Shown: positions 28,147 through 38,058 of the stretch, piece after piece
Position numbering within the stretch: position 1 is the first letter of the stretch
Layout: each line of letters begins with the position of its first letter
Assembly (NCBI GenBank): GCA_001000675.1
Contig: LCHW01000001.1
Coordinates: forward strand, 488,875 to 552,874
Length of the DNA: 64,000 nucleotides
Direction of reading: 5' to 3'
Source of the DNA: Candidatus Wolfebacteria bacterium GW2011_GWE2_44_13
GTDB lineage: Bacteria > Patescibacteriota > Minisyncoccia > UBA6257 > UBA9933
Notes under the pieces: model-generated
Told to the model about the DNA's origin: nothing
What the model saw: the letters and a program-made list of their open reading frames with translations, nothing else
Databases searched by the model: none
Made by a program: the position numbers and the translations under genes

Positions 28147-29436
28147 CTACCTTAAGTAGATCGTATGGCTCAGATAGCCTGTAATATACTCGGGATTTAG
28201 GCGATTAGCCCTGTCTTCCTCAATCTTTTTGATTAATTCCATAAAGAATAGGTCTACGTCTTTTTCTTCATGATATTCGGTCAAATTTCTCTTATTAAAA
28301 TACCGCGTTAACGCATCGATTACCTTTTTATAAAAATCTTTGTCCGTAACCCCACTTGCAATGAGATATAGTAACACCATATATGCCGGCGACGCCTTTG
28401 CATCCGCTAATGCCTCCAGTTCAGTTACCATCGTGCCGAACAATGGATCATTTTTATCACTCTTTATTACTGCGTGATACATTGCAGATTTTGCAACAAG
28501 CTCGTTGAAAATCAATTTCGCATCTTTTATAACCAACGTTTCGTATATCTTTACGAGGTTTGCCTTTGTCGCCTTCTCAATTGTTCCTACTTTTATTTCT
28601 GGTCGATAGAGATGAAACGCATTATAATATTGCCGCAAAAATCGCTCTTGTATGGCGTGATTAATTACATTTTCCAAAAATAAATTCCACCCTTTAAAGG
28701 CTTCATCAATATCCATTCCGCCACGTTCCAATTCAGAAAGCATTTTATTTTTAATCAAATCCCCTGCTGCTAACGGTACGCCGCGATCGTTCAATCCTTC
28801 AAACAACATAAATGCATCCGCGTGTGAACTAACCTCGATCATTACTACGAGAATACTATCAATCCATGTAAAAAGCTTTTTCAGTCCTTCCAAGTCATAC
28901 TCTTTCAATCTGCCTAGAAAGTAGTCATACGCTTTATATATTTTTCTCGCCTTTCTTCCCCGTACCTCTGTTCCTATTTTTAACAATCCAAGGTCAGCTA
29001 ATAGCGCCTCAAAGTCCACGAGATTTCCATGCTGTTCTGATAAGATAATGCGCGTCCACGCCTCCCCTCCTCCCTGCACTATGCGCGTTTTAATTGTCTG
29101 CAATAATTCATTTGCTCCTCCCGCTGCATCAGCCGGCAACGCCTTAAGCGCCGCGTGTAATGCACAATACAATACTGTAATAGTTGCGAGACGTTGCTGC
29201 CCGTCAACCACTTCCAATTCCTGCACCCCCAACGTCGCTGTATTCTCATTTTTTACACATAAAATCGAGCCGATGAAATTTCCTTCTCCATTGCCTTCCA
29301 CCATATCATCAAACAATACCTGCCAATTTTCACGAGACCAGATATATTCCCGCTGAAATTTAGGAATAACATACCGAACGTTCCCTCCCTCACGAAAAAG
29401 ATCCGAAATCGTATAGTGGTTTGTATTGTATATCAT
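28147..29436 (-). CDS. DUF262 (GmrSD N-terminal ParB/Srx-like domain) protein, stand-alone
   Basis: The VIPKFQREYIWSRENWQVLFDDM...IGSIL...VVDGQQRLATI segment is the DUF262 signature including DGQQR. No C-terminal DUF1524/HNH motif could be found. Confidence 0.75.
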   Translation of the reverse strand: MIYNTNHYTISDLFREGGNVRYVIPKFQREYIWSRENWQVLFDDMVEGNGEGNFIGSILCVKNENTATLGVQELEVVDGQQRLATITVLYCALHAALKALPADAAGGANELLQTIKTRIVQGGGEAWTRIILSEQHGNLVDFEALLADLGLLKIGTEVRGRKARKIYKAYDYFLGRLKEYDLEGLKKLFTWIDSILVVMIEVSSHADAFMLFEGLNDRGVPLAAGDLIKNKMLSELERGGMDIDEAFKGWNLFLENVINHAIQERFLRQYYNAFHLYRPEIKVGTIEKATKANLVKIYETLVIKDAKLIFNELVAKSAMYHAVIKSDKNDPLFGTMVTELEALADAKASPAYMVLLYLIASGVTDKDFYKKVIDALTRYFNKRNLTEYHEEKDVDLFFMELIKKIEEDRANRLNPEYITGYLSHTIYLR

Positions 29437-29452
29437 GTATGTTTTATGGACG

Positions 29453-30838
29453 TTACGCTATTTCTTTTTTCGCTTCCTTATATGGGAAGGTAATTGTAAA
29501 TTTCGAACCCACTCCTTCCATACTCTCTACGGAAATATCTCCGTCCATTTGTTCACAAATAGCTTTTGTAATCCATAATCCAAGCCCTGTTCCTGAAATA
29601 TGTTCTGTATGTTCTGTTTTAACTCGATAGAATTTTTGGAACAAGCTTCGCTGTGCAATTGCTGACATTCCCAACCCGGTATCCTCAATGATAAGCACAA
29701 ATCGTTTGTGAATTTTATCTACTTTTGTAATCACCTGAACCGTTCCTTTCTCGGTATACTTAATTGAGTTTCCAATTAAGTTGATAAGCACCTGTCTTAA
29801 TCGCTTTGTATCAATAGCTACTACTGCAGGCTCTGCAACTTCTTTATTCTCATACTCAAGCACAAGACCCTTCTGTTCTGCGCTATCACGTATTGTGTCA
29901 ACAACTTCTTGGATCATCGGATACGGTGATTCGTCACTCATCTCAAGCACAAGTCGTCCTTGTTCGATACGTGAAACATCAAGAATATCAGAAATAAGCG
30001 TCATTAGGTTGTCCGCATACGAAACAATCATTCTTAATCGATCGGTTCGTTGCTCCTCGGTCAACTTGCTAGCAGCCTGTTGTAACAACTCTGCATATCC
30101 CTTCATAACCACAACAGGTGTCTTAAGTTCATGTGCCGCCATGGAAATAAAGTCGTCTTTCATCTTGTCTATTTCCTGCAATTTTCCAAAAAGCACCGCG
30201 TATTGGAACATGCGCGTATGATTGATAATCAATATCAATACCAAGATAATAACCCCAAATAAGACATAATACGCCTGCTCCTGTGCTCGACGAGATAGCT
30301 CATCAGCATCACTTACTGACATTGCCATACGAATTAACCCAACCGCCTCCCCTTCTTTATTATGTAATGGCTTAATAACATTCCACTGACGCAATCCTCC
30401 GTCATTACTATCAAATCCAATTCCATCAGCATTCTTATTCCATGCAATCGCACTTAAGTCTTGCATCTTTTTTTCCGTATCAGTAGACATCTGCTGTCCC
30501 TCGCGCACCATAGACGCAATAGGCGCGTATCCTTCGCGATCACTTCCTGTAATTTCAATAAATTCGATATCTGGATTTGCATCCATGACGGCGTTTATTT
30601 TTTCTTGCAATTCTTCCTTTTCTGTATATTCAGTTACAAAAACGCCGAGCATTTTTTCTGCTGCAAATACCTGCGATTGCACAATCTCATCGATATTTCT
30701 TGTAAACGCATCAACGGTTGTTTTTACGTTGTAATACAATGCAACTGGTATTACAACCAGCAACACGAGTGATGATAATATCCCTGGATTTTTTCGTACA
30801 AACCCAAAGGCTTTTTTTACATATTCTATAACGATCAT
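29453..30838 (-). CDS. sensor histidine kinase
   Basis: N-terminal TM, periplasmic-type domain and second TM. Has a HisKA H-box (AAHELKTP) and a HATPase_c domain with N, G1 (DTGLGM) and G2 (GTGLGL) boxes. Confidence 0.85.
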   Translation of the reverse strand: MIVIEYVKKAFGFVRKNPGILSSLVLLVVIPVALYYNVKTTVDAFTRNIDEIVQSQVFAAEKMLGVFVTEYTEKEELQEKINAVMDANPDIEFIEITGSDREGYAPIASMVREGQQMSTDTEKKMQDLSAIAWNKNADGIGFDSNDGGLRQWNVIKPLHNKEGEAVGLIRMAMSVSDADELSRRAQEQAYYVLFGVIILVLILIINHTRMFQYAVLFGKLQEIDKMKDDFISMAAHELKTPVVVMKGYAELLQQAASKLTEEQRTDRLRMIVSYADNLMTLISDILDVSRIEQGRLVLEMSDESPYPMIQEVVDTIRDSAEQKGLVLEYENKEVAEPAVVAIDTKRLRQVLINLIGNSIKYTEKGTVQVITKVDKIHKRFVLIIEDTGLGMSAIAQRSLFQKFYRVKTEHTEHISGTGLGLWITKAICEQMDGDISVESMEGVGSKFTITFPYKEAKKEIA

Positions 30839-30839
30839 A

Positions 30840-32663
30840 TCAAATAAAATCCTGCTTCTGGCCTTTTGGCGCACGAAGCATAAGGAATACTCCCGCTAGT
30901 AAACCTACTCCAATAAGAAGAAAGGCTATCAATGAATACTGACGTTTTGCCGCTTGTACGGGGTCTTCTGTTGAAGCCTCCGCACGACCAAGTGCTCCAA
31001 AATCTTCTACGGTAACAGCCTCAGCAGTCTTTACGAAGCCAAATCGCGCACTCTTTGCAACAACTTTCCCTGTCTTATCGTTTATGGTTACATATGCCTC
31101 ATGATCCCCATCTGCTAATTTATTATCTAGCTCGTATACCCAATTTCCATTGCGATCTGTTTTTACTACGGCAATGGTTGGCACTTCACTATACACATAA
31201 ATAGTTACGTATATGTCGGGCAATGCCTTTCCTGCTAATCGTAGCTTTTCTTTCACTACTGTTCTTTTTTCGTTTACCGTCACCGCCTTCCCCTCTGCGG
31301 TTGTTGTCACTATCGGAACAATAACTTCTGCGGTTGTTGTGGAAAGTGCAATATTTTCAACTTGCAATACCGAAGCATTGACGGTCGTACCAAATGTCTT
31401 TGCACTTTGATATTGCGTCTTTGCTCGTACCTCAGGACTCGTTGGGTTTACATCTCCCCATAATTCTTTTTTCAATACTTCAATTTCACGTGTAGTCGTC
31501 ACAGAACCTCCTCCTTGTAATCCCGTGGAGATACTTTGAATACGCTGCACGATTGGAGGTGTTATTGTTTGTAGCAGAGGCACTTCCTCCCGCTTCTCTT
31601 CTCTTTTCTCCTCTCTTCTTTTCTCTTCTTGTTTTATTTCTTCTCTCTTTTTCTCCTCCTCCTGTTTCTTCTTTAACAATTCTATTTGTGTCTCAAATCT
31701 GCCCGCAACCGTTGTAGTCGAGGCATTCTTAGCGGGTGCTTCTTGTGGAGCTGTCATCTCAAGAAGTACTTCCTCTAGCGTATCTTCACTGGACGATGCT
31801 GTAGGGTCTACTGGCACTACTGGCTGCTCTACGGTGTTTACAATTTTTATTGTTGTTTCTCCCGCTTTGTATGGCTCTCCATTGTTATACGCATTCTTAA
31901 CCTTTGCAATTATCGTGTAGCTACCATCGGGGACCTGCTTCGTATCCCATTGATAGGCCCATTCTCCAAAAGAAGTTCCACTTACAAAAACGGCATTCCC
32001 TATTCTTATTGGTTGCGCTCCTCCTGTTGGAACGTGCATAAATTCAACTGTAGACGCTTGCTCAATTCTTCCTCTTATTATTATTTCTCCTCTCACAGGA
32101 TTCGGCAAAGAAGAGAACGTAAATACCTGATTTATATTATTGATGTACACAAGAATCTCATTACTTCTTATTATTGCACCATCAGTATATGTTGCCTGTG
32201 CAATAATAGAATATTTTCCATTTCCCACTTCTCGCGTATCAAATTCTTTTCTGCATTCTGTTTTAATTGCTTGCGTACTAGCACATTCGGCTAATACTCT
32301 TCTTTCTATCGTAGTACCTATATTTCTTATGCTAAATGTTACGCCCTCTGGATTATCATTTACAGAAACACCAAGCATGTGCATTCCTGTTAGCTGTTGA
32401 TTCGCAACAAGATTATTCAAAACCGCTACACGCACAACAACGGGGTCAGGCTCTGTCTGTACAGTTGCAGGTCCTACTGGATCGATATTTGGAGTTGAGC
32501 TCGCAGGCACGTCTACGACAACTGGAGCCGTTGTTGTCGCCGCAGGCAAATCATTAATAACTAGCATAGCTGCAAACATATTACTTGCTCCCCCTACTCC
32601 CAATAATGCAAAAGTAAGCCCAATTGCCATTACACCTAAAAACCCTAGTAGATAATTTTTCAT
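30840..32663 (-). CDS. secreted and anchored surface protein with Glu/Lys/Arg-rich repeat linker
   Basis: Signal peptide, Ig-like beta-rich domains and a central KKKQEEEKKREEIKQEEKRREEKREEKREE low-complexity linker. A C-terminal hydrophobic anchor is present. The gene lies between the RR and HK genes. Confidence 0.6.
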   Translation of the reverse strand: MKNYLLGFLGVMAIGLTFALLGVGGASNMFAAMLVINDLPAATTTAPVVVDVPASSTPNIDPVGPATVQTEPDPVVVRVAVLNNLVANQQLTGMHMLGVSVNDNPEGVTFSIRNIGTTIERRVLAECASTQAIKTECRKEFDTREVGNGKYSIIAQATYTDGAIIRSNEILVYINNINQVFTFSSLPNPVRGEIIIRGRIEQASTVEFMHVPTGGAQPIRIGNAVFVSGTSFGEWAYQWDTKQVPDGSYTIIAKVKNAYNNGEPYKAGETTIKIVNTVEQPVVPVDPTASSSEDTLEEVLLEMTAPQEAPAKNASTTTVAGRFETQIELLKKKQEEEKKREEIKQEEKRREEKREEKREEVPLLQTITPPIVQRIQSISTGLQGGGSVTTTREIEVLKKELWGDVNPTSPEVRAKTQYQSAKTFGTTVNASVLQVENIALSTTTAEVIVPIVTTTAEGKAVTVNEKRTVVKEKLRLAGKALPDIYVTIYVYSEVPTIAVVKTDRNGNWVYELDNKLADGDHEAYVTINDKTGKVVAKSARFGFVKTAEAVTVEDFGALGRAEASTEDPVQAAKRQYSLIAFLLIGVGLLAGVFLMLRAPKGQKQDFI

Positions 32664-32675
32664 AACAATATTCTA

Positions 32676-33062
32676 TTATTTAGTTTTATTTATTATCTCC
32701 GCAATCTTCGGAATAAACTCTGCAAAATCCGCCGCCTTGCTCCAATAATCAACTGCACCTACTTCTTTAGCGGCTTTTATATCCTCTGGCCGATCATCAA
32801 TGCTTGTCAAGAATACAACAGGAATATCTTTGCAGTCAGAATCACTTTTTAACATATCAAGTGCTTCAGGACCATCAGCTTCTGGCATTATTACATCGAG
32901 TAGTATAAAATCTGGCTTTTCTGCTTTTGCCATAGCATACCCTTCGTTTCCGTTTTTTGCATACAAAACAAAATAACCTGCCATCGTAAGGCGTTCTCCA
33001 AATATCTCTCTTAACGCAGGGTCATCATCAACTACGAGTATCCTTTTTTGTGTTTCATTCAT
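32676..33062 (-). CDS. stand-alone response regulator receiver domain protein
   Basis: 128 aa receiver with ILVVDDD, a phospho-acceptor Asp (ILLDVIMP) and a conserved Lys. It is first in an apparent RR, surface protein, HK operon. Confidence 0.85.
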   Translation of the reverse strand: MNETQKRILVVDDDPALREIFGERLTMAGYFVLYAKNGNEGYAMAKAEKPDFILLDVIMPEADGPEALDMLKSDSDCKDIPVVFLTSIDDRPEDIKAAKEVGAVDYWSKAADFAEFIPKIAEIINKTK

Positions 33063-33139
33063 GCGCCGTTTGTATTGCCATCTCTGTTTATAATTATTCG
33101 CAGTATACCATATATTCCTATTTTAAAACAAAAAAGGCG

Positions 33140-33170
33140 GGACACAGGGTCCCGCCATCTTACTATATAG
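33140..33170 (-). terminator. rho-independent terminator
   Basis: GGCGGGACcctgtgtCCCGCC hairpin followed by tttttt on the minus strand. Confidence 0.5.
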
Positions 33171-33180
33171 GTAAAGTTTA

Positions 33181-34587
33181 TTAGTTGAGTACTTGCCCCT
33201 CTTTGCTGATCAGAAGAATTTTGCCTGCCGTGTAGGGCATGTACAAAATCCCATCCGCCGCGTGTAAGGCGCCAGGGTGCGTGTCCGGCATCCGCCACGG
33301 AAACACCGGTGGATTATCGGGGTTTATCCGAACGGTATTGTTCTCCCCGTCCCACCCGTAGAGATCGCCGTTATCGACAACCATAAGGCTAAAGGAAAGG
33401 TCTAGGAATCCCGGCTCGTTTACGTAACCCCACGCAAATGTGCCGTCCGCAGACGACGCATCGATGCGAAAAACTGCTCCCCGAAACACATCGGCCGTAT
33501 ATCCGATCACACCGCTAAAATAGAGCGCGTCGGTCGTCGAGTCAATGACAAGCGCCTGGTAGTACATCGAATCGCTTTCCATGTTCGCATCGACAGCATT
33601 GACCTGGCTTTCCCACTGGAAAGCTCCGGAATGCTTCTCGACCTTGCGGACGTACATCCGCTGTTGGCAGCCCGACCCGTTGGTAACGGTCCCGCCAAAA
33701 TACAGCGAGGTTGCGTCGACGGCAACCGAGTGAATACGTGGAGATTCCTCCCAGCCCTGCTCAAATATTACAGCTGCATCGGTAACGCGAATTCCGACCA
33801 CGGCGGTTTTATGCTCACCGAGCTGTCCATGGAAGGCGAACGCAATATAAATTGCACCACCAGCGTTATCGGCCGTGAAGCCGGTAAATTCACCTCCCAA
33901 CATGATGATCTCCTCCGTCACCTCGCCTGTAGCGAGGTTAATCTTCTGAAGGAAGCCTTCACCGAAGCCGGCTATTGCGCTTTCGTCCCATGCGCGCACA
34001 CTCACCACATAGGCGTACTCGCCGCTGGGAACAAAGATTCCATGCGGATAATTCACCCCTTGGCTTGTCGCTACGAGGACGTCGGTTTTGTCTGCGATAG
34101 CAACTTTGTCACCGTTCGCATCAAACCGACACAGGAAAGTCTTGTTGTCGTTGGCATACGCCACATACAGCAAACCGTCCACGGCTTTAACCATTTCCTG
34201 TCCGCCCGCAGTTACCGCGGTCACCCACGGCTTCGCCTTCACAACGAAGGTCTTAGTTGCGCCATCGACGGAGATTTCTTTTTCGCCGACCGTTGCAATG
34301 TCTGCTGCAGTAACAGGGATAGTGATCGTGGACGAATCCACAACCACCGCGTCTGCCCGTACTGTGTCGTCAAACTTGACGACACAGGCGGGTTTGAAGT
34401 TCTTACCCTCGATGGTCAGCGTAAACGCTGCACCACCGACGACAACCGACTCCGGGCTCAAGCTGACAATCTTCGCAACCTTGGGAACGGGCTTGGGGTC
34501 ATCCCCGCCACCGCTTCCACACCCGGCAACCAACAGCGACATTACCGCGACGATCAACATCGTCGCAAACCATTTGAGACTCTTCAT
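33181..34587 (-). CDS. lipoprotein with IPT/TIG-like domain and beta-propeller-like region (GC-rich, likely acquired)
   Basis: A lipobox (LLVAGCGSGG) follows the ATG, which has an AAAGGAG Shine-Dalgarno. GC is about 56%, against about 40% background. An upstream non-ATG extension was discounted. Confidence 0.6.
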   Translation of the reverse strand: MKSLKWFATMLIVAVMSLLVAGCGSGGGDDPKPVPKVAKIVSLSPESVVVGGAAFTLTIEGKNFKPACVVKFDDTVRADAVVVDSSTITIPVTAADIATVGEKEISVDGATKTFVVKAKPWVTAVTAGGQEMVKAVDGLLYVAYANDNKTFLCRFDANGDKVAIADKTDVLVATSQGVNYPHGIFVPSGEYAYVVSVRAWDESAIAGFGEGFLQKINLATGEVTEEIIMLGGEFTGFTADNAGGAIYIAFAFHGQLGEHKTAVVGIRVTDAAVIFEQGWEESPRIHSVAVDATSLYFGGTVTNGSGCQQRMYVRKVEKHSGAFQWESQVNAVDANMESDSMYYQALVIDSTTDALYFSGVIGYTADVFRGAVFRIDASSADGTFAWGYVNEPGFLDLSFSLMVVDNGDLYGWDGENNTVRINPDNPPVFPWRMPDTHPGALHAADGILYMPYTAGKILLISKEGQVLN

Positions 34588-34740
34588 GCCCGTACTCCTT
34601 TTCGCTCGCTCGTGCGAGCGGGTTCGTATTGCGTTAACGTACCAATCTTTCACCCTTTCGCCTTATATATAATTCACTTATCTATATGTCAAAATTACTG
34701 TCTATTTTATACCATATATCCAAAAATAATGCAATAGCTA

Positions 34741-34766
34741 AAAAACGCCTTTTATAGGCGTTTTTT
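34741..34766 (-). terminator. rho-independent terminator
   Basis: aaaaaCGCCtttataGGCGtttttt hairpin. Confidence 0.55.
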
Positions 34767-34772
34767 GTCATT

Positions 34773-36581
34773 TTACTTATATCCCTCCGCTTGAATAGTG
34801 AATGCATTATGGTATTTACCCTTTAGCGCCATTAGCTCCTCGTGGCTCCCACTTTCCGCGATTGATCCATTGTCCATTACGTATATCTTATCCGCGTTGC
34901 GTACTGTCGAAAATCTATGCGAAATTGTGATAACCGTTTTGTCTTTGAAAAATTCGTAAATCTGTCCAAATATTTCAGCCTCCGAAACTGCATCAATTGA
35001 GGCGGTCGGCTCGTCAAATATTACTACCGGCGAATTGCGATAGAAGAAGCGGGCAATTGCAATCTTTTGCCACTGGCCCGTGCTCGGGCGCGTACCCCCT
35101 TTAAACTTTTCATCAAGTACCTGATCGTATCCGTTCGTATAATCGTCGATAAACGAACTTACATTCGCTCTGCTCGCCGCCAATTTCATCCTTGCTTCAT
35201 TTGGCTCTATATGTGAGTCACCTAAAAGAATATTTTCTTTAAGCGTAAGCGAGCCATATGTATTGTAGTCCTGAAACAATACTCCTAACTTTTTATACCA
35301 ACTATCTATCTTTATATTATTTATGTTCTCGTCGTTTAGATAAATACCGCCCTCCTCCACTTTGTAAAATCTACTTAACAGTTTTACTAATGTGGTTTTC
35401 CCTGCACCGTTTTCTCCAACGATTGCAATTTTCTCTCCCGATTTTATTTCAAGATCTAGGCCATTTATCACATATCGATCTGAATTAGGGTATTTAAAGT
35501 TAACCCCCTTAAATACCATACTCGGCGCGACCCCGCCTTCTTCTATTGCAACATTTCCGTCAGCAACCATCGACTTCATATCAAATACTTCTTTAACTTC
35601 ACTGATCCGCATGCACTGCTCGTATAGCGCACTATAACGGCCCCCCACTTGGGAAAAATTATTTACAAATATATCCAACGATCGCATTTGGAATGTCACA
35701 TCTCCGATTGAAATAAACCTACTGAAGAAATTTTTGAATATGCTAAAGTACCCAAAAATACTCGCCCCTACAGTCAACACTTTAAACGAAAATCCGAACA
35801 ACTCCCTTCTCTTAATGATTGCAAACTCTTCTTTTGCATATCGATCCGCAAAAGTCTTGAATACATTACTTAAATACTTATATGCGGAAGTTATTGTTAT
35901 TTCCTGAAGATTCACTGTTTCTATTAATGCACCGGATACAGAATTTGCCCTCCTCCTATTTTCTGTCTCTCTACGGAATAGTTGCCAATGTTTCCGTACA
36001 TAATATTTATTGGAATAAAAACCAGGTATCATCGCAACAAATACCACTAAGACCACCCATGGCATTATTTTTATGACCACAGCTGTTGCAACAATAAGCA
36101 CTACTATACGCGCGATAAATTCAATCGCTCCACGAAAGTGGTCACTTAAATTACCCAACATTTCTTTCGCCCGCTGTATTTTATTCACGACCTCTGGATT
36201 TTCCAACGTTTGAATACCCAGCGCATGAATATGTTTATAAAGCACCATTGGTGATTTAAAACTTGACGCGCTCGTCAGTACTCTTCCGAAATATGCTCTC
36301 GTAGATTGCGCTGCGGATATAAACAAATTATAACTAAGCAACAAGCCCAACATCGGAAAAATCTCGTTTGGGCTTACGTGAGTGGTAGCAATCCTTATAA
36401 CATCATCAAGTAATAAGGCAAAAATATATGCGTTGATTACCGGCGATACTTCTATAAGAATAGCAAGTACAATTTCAACTATAGCCGCCGTTGGCGCCAA
36501 TTTTATGTTATACGCGACAAGCCATCTTAATGTGCCGAGAAACTGCCCAAACGATAATTTTTTATCTTTATCTTCTTCCAT
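34773..36581 (-). CDS. ABC transporter, fused permease/ATPase (exporter type)
   Basis: Six TM helices at the N-terminus. Has Walker A (GENGAGKTT), an ABC signature region and Walker B (IFDEPTASID). Confidence 0.85.
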   Translation of the reverse strand: MEEDKDKKLSFGQFLGTLRWLVAYNIKLAPTAAIVEIVLAILIEVSPVINAYIFALLLDDVIRIATTHVSPNEIFPMLGLLLSYNLFISAAQSTRAYFGRVLTSASSFKSPMVLYKHIHALGIQTLENPEVVNKIQRAKEMLGNLSDHFRGAIEFIARIVVLIVATAVVIKIMPWVVLVVFVAMIPGFYSNKYYVRKHWQLFRRETENRRRANSVSGALIETVNLQEITITSAYKYLSNVFKTFADRYAKEEFAIIKRRELFGFSFKVLTVGASIFGYFSIFKNFFSRFISIGDVTFQMRSLDIFVNNFSQVGGRYSALYEQCMRISEVKEVFDMKSMVADGNVAIEEGGVAPSMVFKGVNFKYPNSDRYVINGLDLEIKSGEKIAIVGENGAGKTTLVKLLSRFYKVEEGGIYLNDENINNIKIDSWYKKLGVLFQDYNTYGSLTLKENILLGDSHIEPNEARMKLAASRANVSSFIDDYTNGYDQVLDEKFKGGTRPSTGQWQKIAIARFFYRNSPVVIFDEPTASIDAVSEAEIFGQIYEFFKDKTVITISHRFSTVRNADKIYVMDNGSIAESGSHEELMALKGKYHNAFTIQAEGYK

Positions 36582-36606
36582 AATTTAGAAATTATACCAC
36601 ATCTAA

Positions 36607-36680
36607 TAGATTCCCGCCGGAGTTTTACCCTGAGCTATGCGGTGAGCTTGGCGAACCGCTGTCGAATGGGCGGGAATGAC
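36607..36680. repeat. REP/MITE-like element (arms TAGATTCCCGCC...GGGCGGGAATGACA with insert)
   Basis: Shares the GGGAATGACA/TGTCATTCCC arms of the dispersed family. Confidence 0.5.
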
Positions 36681-36697
36681 AGGGTGAGGAGGTGTAT

Positions 36698-37306
36698 TCA
36701 TCGATGAAACCCTAAATCCGCAGGATTATCGTCCCCTGATATATGTTGCACGCTGCCGCCGGCTGCCTCGAACTCATCGCGGAGTTTTTTTACCGCAAAC
36801 GCGAGCGTGCGCGTTTCAGGTGCGATACCCTCAACTTTAATCCTTCCTTTTGACCAATATTCGATAATAATTTTACTATCTCCGAACACTCGTAGCTCCC
36901 CCTCTTGTAATGCCAGCTCAATTGCATACTTACATGCAAGCAGTTCGCCGTAGTTGTTTGTTTTTTCTTTGCTTAATAAATGCTTACCGTGTTCGTTGAT
37001 AAACTCTTTTGCAATTACTTTTTGCAACAAGTCTTTTCCTGCTTCATCGGTTACGCTTATTTCCACGCCAAAGCCACGTCCTGTTCCTGCGTCAAAATAA
37101 ATACCTTTCTCTATTTCTTTTTTCACTTTCACTTCATAGTGCGCGCCTAAGCGCAACCACTCCTCTGCCTCTTGTCGTGTTTTAAATCCTTTATACCGAG
37201 CATCGTGCTTGCCCGATACAATTTCCTTACATACATCCCAATCGTCCGTTATTCCGTGCGCACCAATCGATGCAACATTGTATGCGTAGTATTTTTTTGG
37301 TTTCAT
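36698..37306 (-). CDS. rnhA: ribonuclease HI with N-terminal viroplasmin-type hybrid-binding domain
   Basis: KKYYAY...W..C...V.G....YKGFKTRQEAEEWL forms the N-terminal hybrid-binding domain. TNNYGELLA, FGDSKII and GDDNPADLG then carry the RNase H catalytic residues. Confidence 0.8.
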   Translation of the reverse strand: MKPKKYYAYNVASIGAHGITDDWDVCKEIVSGKHDARYKGFKTRQEAEEWLRLGAHYEVKVKKEIEKGIYFDAGTGRGFGVEISVTDEAGKDLLQKVIAKEFINEHGKHLLSKEKTNNYGELLACKYAIELALQEGELRVFGDSKIIIEYWSKGRIKVEGIAPETRTLAFAVKKLRDEFEAAGGSVQHISGDDNPADLGFHR

Positions 37307-37310
37307 AGTA

Positions 37311-37994
37311 TTAATTTTCTCGCACCGCGGTTCTAATTGCATCAGTAATTCGTTCAACTTCATCAGTCGTCAATTGTTGCACTTCTTGTCGTTCGATAAG
37401 TCGAACAAGTTGATCAACACCCACCACATACGCGTCTTCTGCTTTGTTTAATTCAATCCCTGTTTTCGCATGGGGGCTCGAAAATACCACGACAGGTTGT
37501 ATATGGAGTGTTTTAGGAATGCGCCGTTTCAGCGCATCTTTTAATGCGTACGTTGCTCCCCATACCTGTCGAATGAAATTTTTATCGAATGGTTTTCCGT
37601 CGCGGAGCAGTCTTCCACCTTCAATCTTTATACGTCCTTTATGGCTCTTTACTTCGATTACCCATGTGCCTGTTGGTCCAACCACCACAAAGTCCATATC
37701 TCCTTTATTCCCAATCACGACGCTTCCAAGTACGCGAAACCGATGGTCTAACCCGCGTAAGACTGTTCGTACCACCATTTCTCCTCCTGCTCCTTGCATA
37801 CGTACGCGAATATCGCGTACTACATTTAATAATAGCTTCAATAGAATACCTATAATAATCACGTGCACTGCCAATGCCGCGCCCGACCCGCCAAGAAGTA
37901 CATATAACGGCTCTACGATACTCGCTCCGATAAGCACAACGATAAACGCAGCCTTACCAATATTTTTCCCAATTTGTTTTTCGTTATGCGCCAT
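37311..37994 (-). CDS. NERD (nuclease-related domain) protein with N-terminal TM helices
   Basis: The DMDFVVVGPTGTWVIEVKSHKG segment matches the NERD core. Two N-terminal hydrophobic helices are present. Confidence 0.75.
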   Translation of the reverse strand: MAHNEKQIGKNIGKAAFIVVLIGASIVEPLYVLLGGSGAALAVHVIIIGILLKLLLNVVRDIRVRMQGAGGEMVVRTVLRGLDHRFRVLGSVVIGNKGDMDFVVVGPTGTWVIEVKSHKGRIKIEGGRLLRDGKPFDKNFIRQVWGATYALKDALKRRIPKTLHIQPVVVFSSPHAKTGIELNKAEDAYVVGVDQLVRLIERQEVQQLTTDEVERITDAIRTAVREN

Positions 37995-38058
37995 ATGTTT
38001 CAGTATATCGAGTATCGCTTATTTTTCCAACAATCAAAACAGGAGTATACTTATATAC

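Noticed and set aside
37444-38058. N-terminal 205-codon extension of the P-type ATPase ORF in the track (1029 aa)
   Set aside because: The extension is antisense to the NERD gene and has no ATPase homology. The ATPase starts at the ATG at 38059, which has an AGGAG Shine-Dalgarno.
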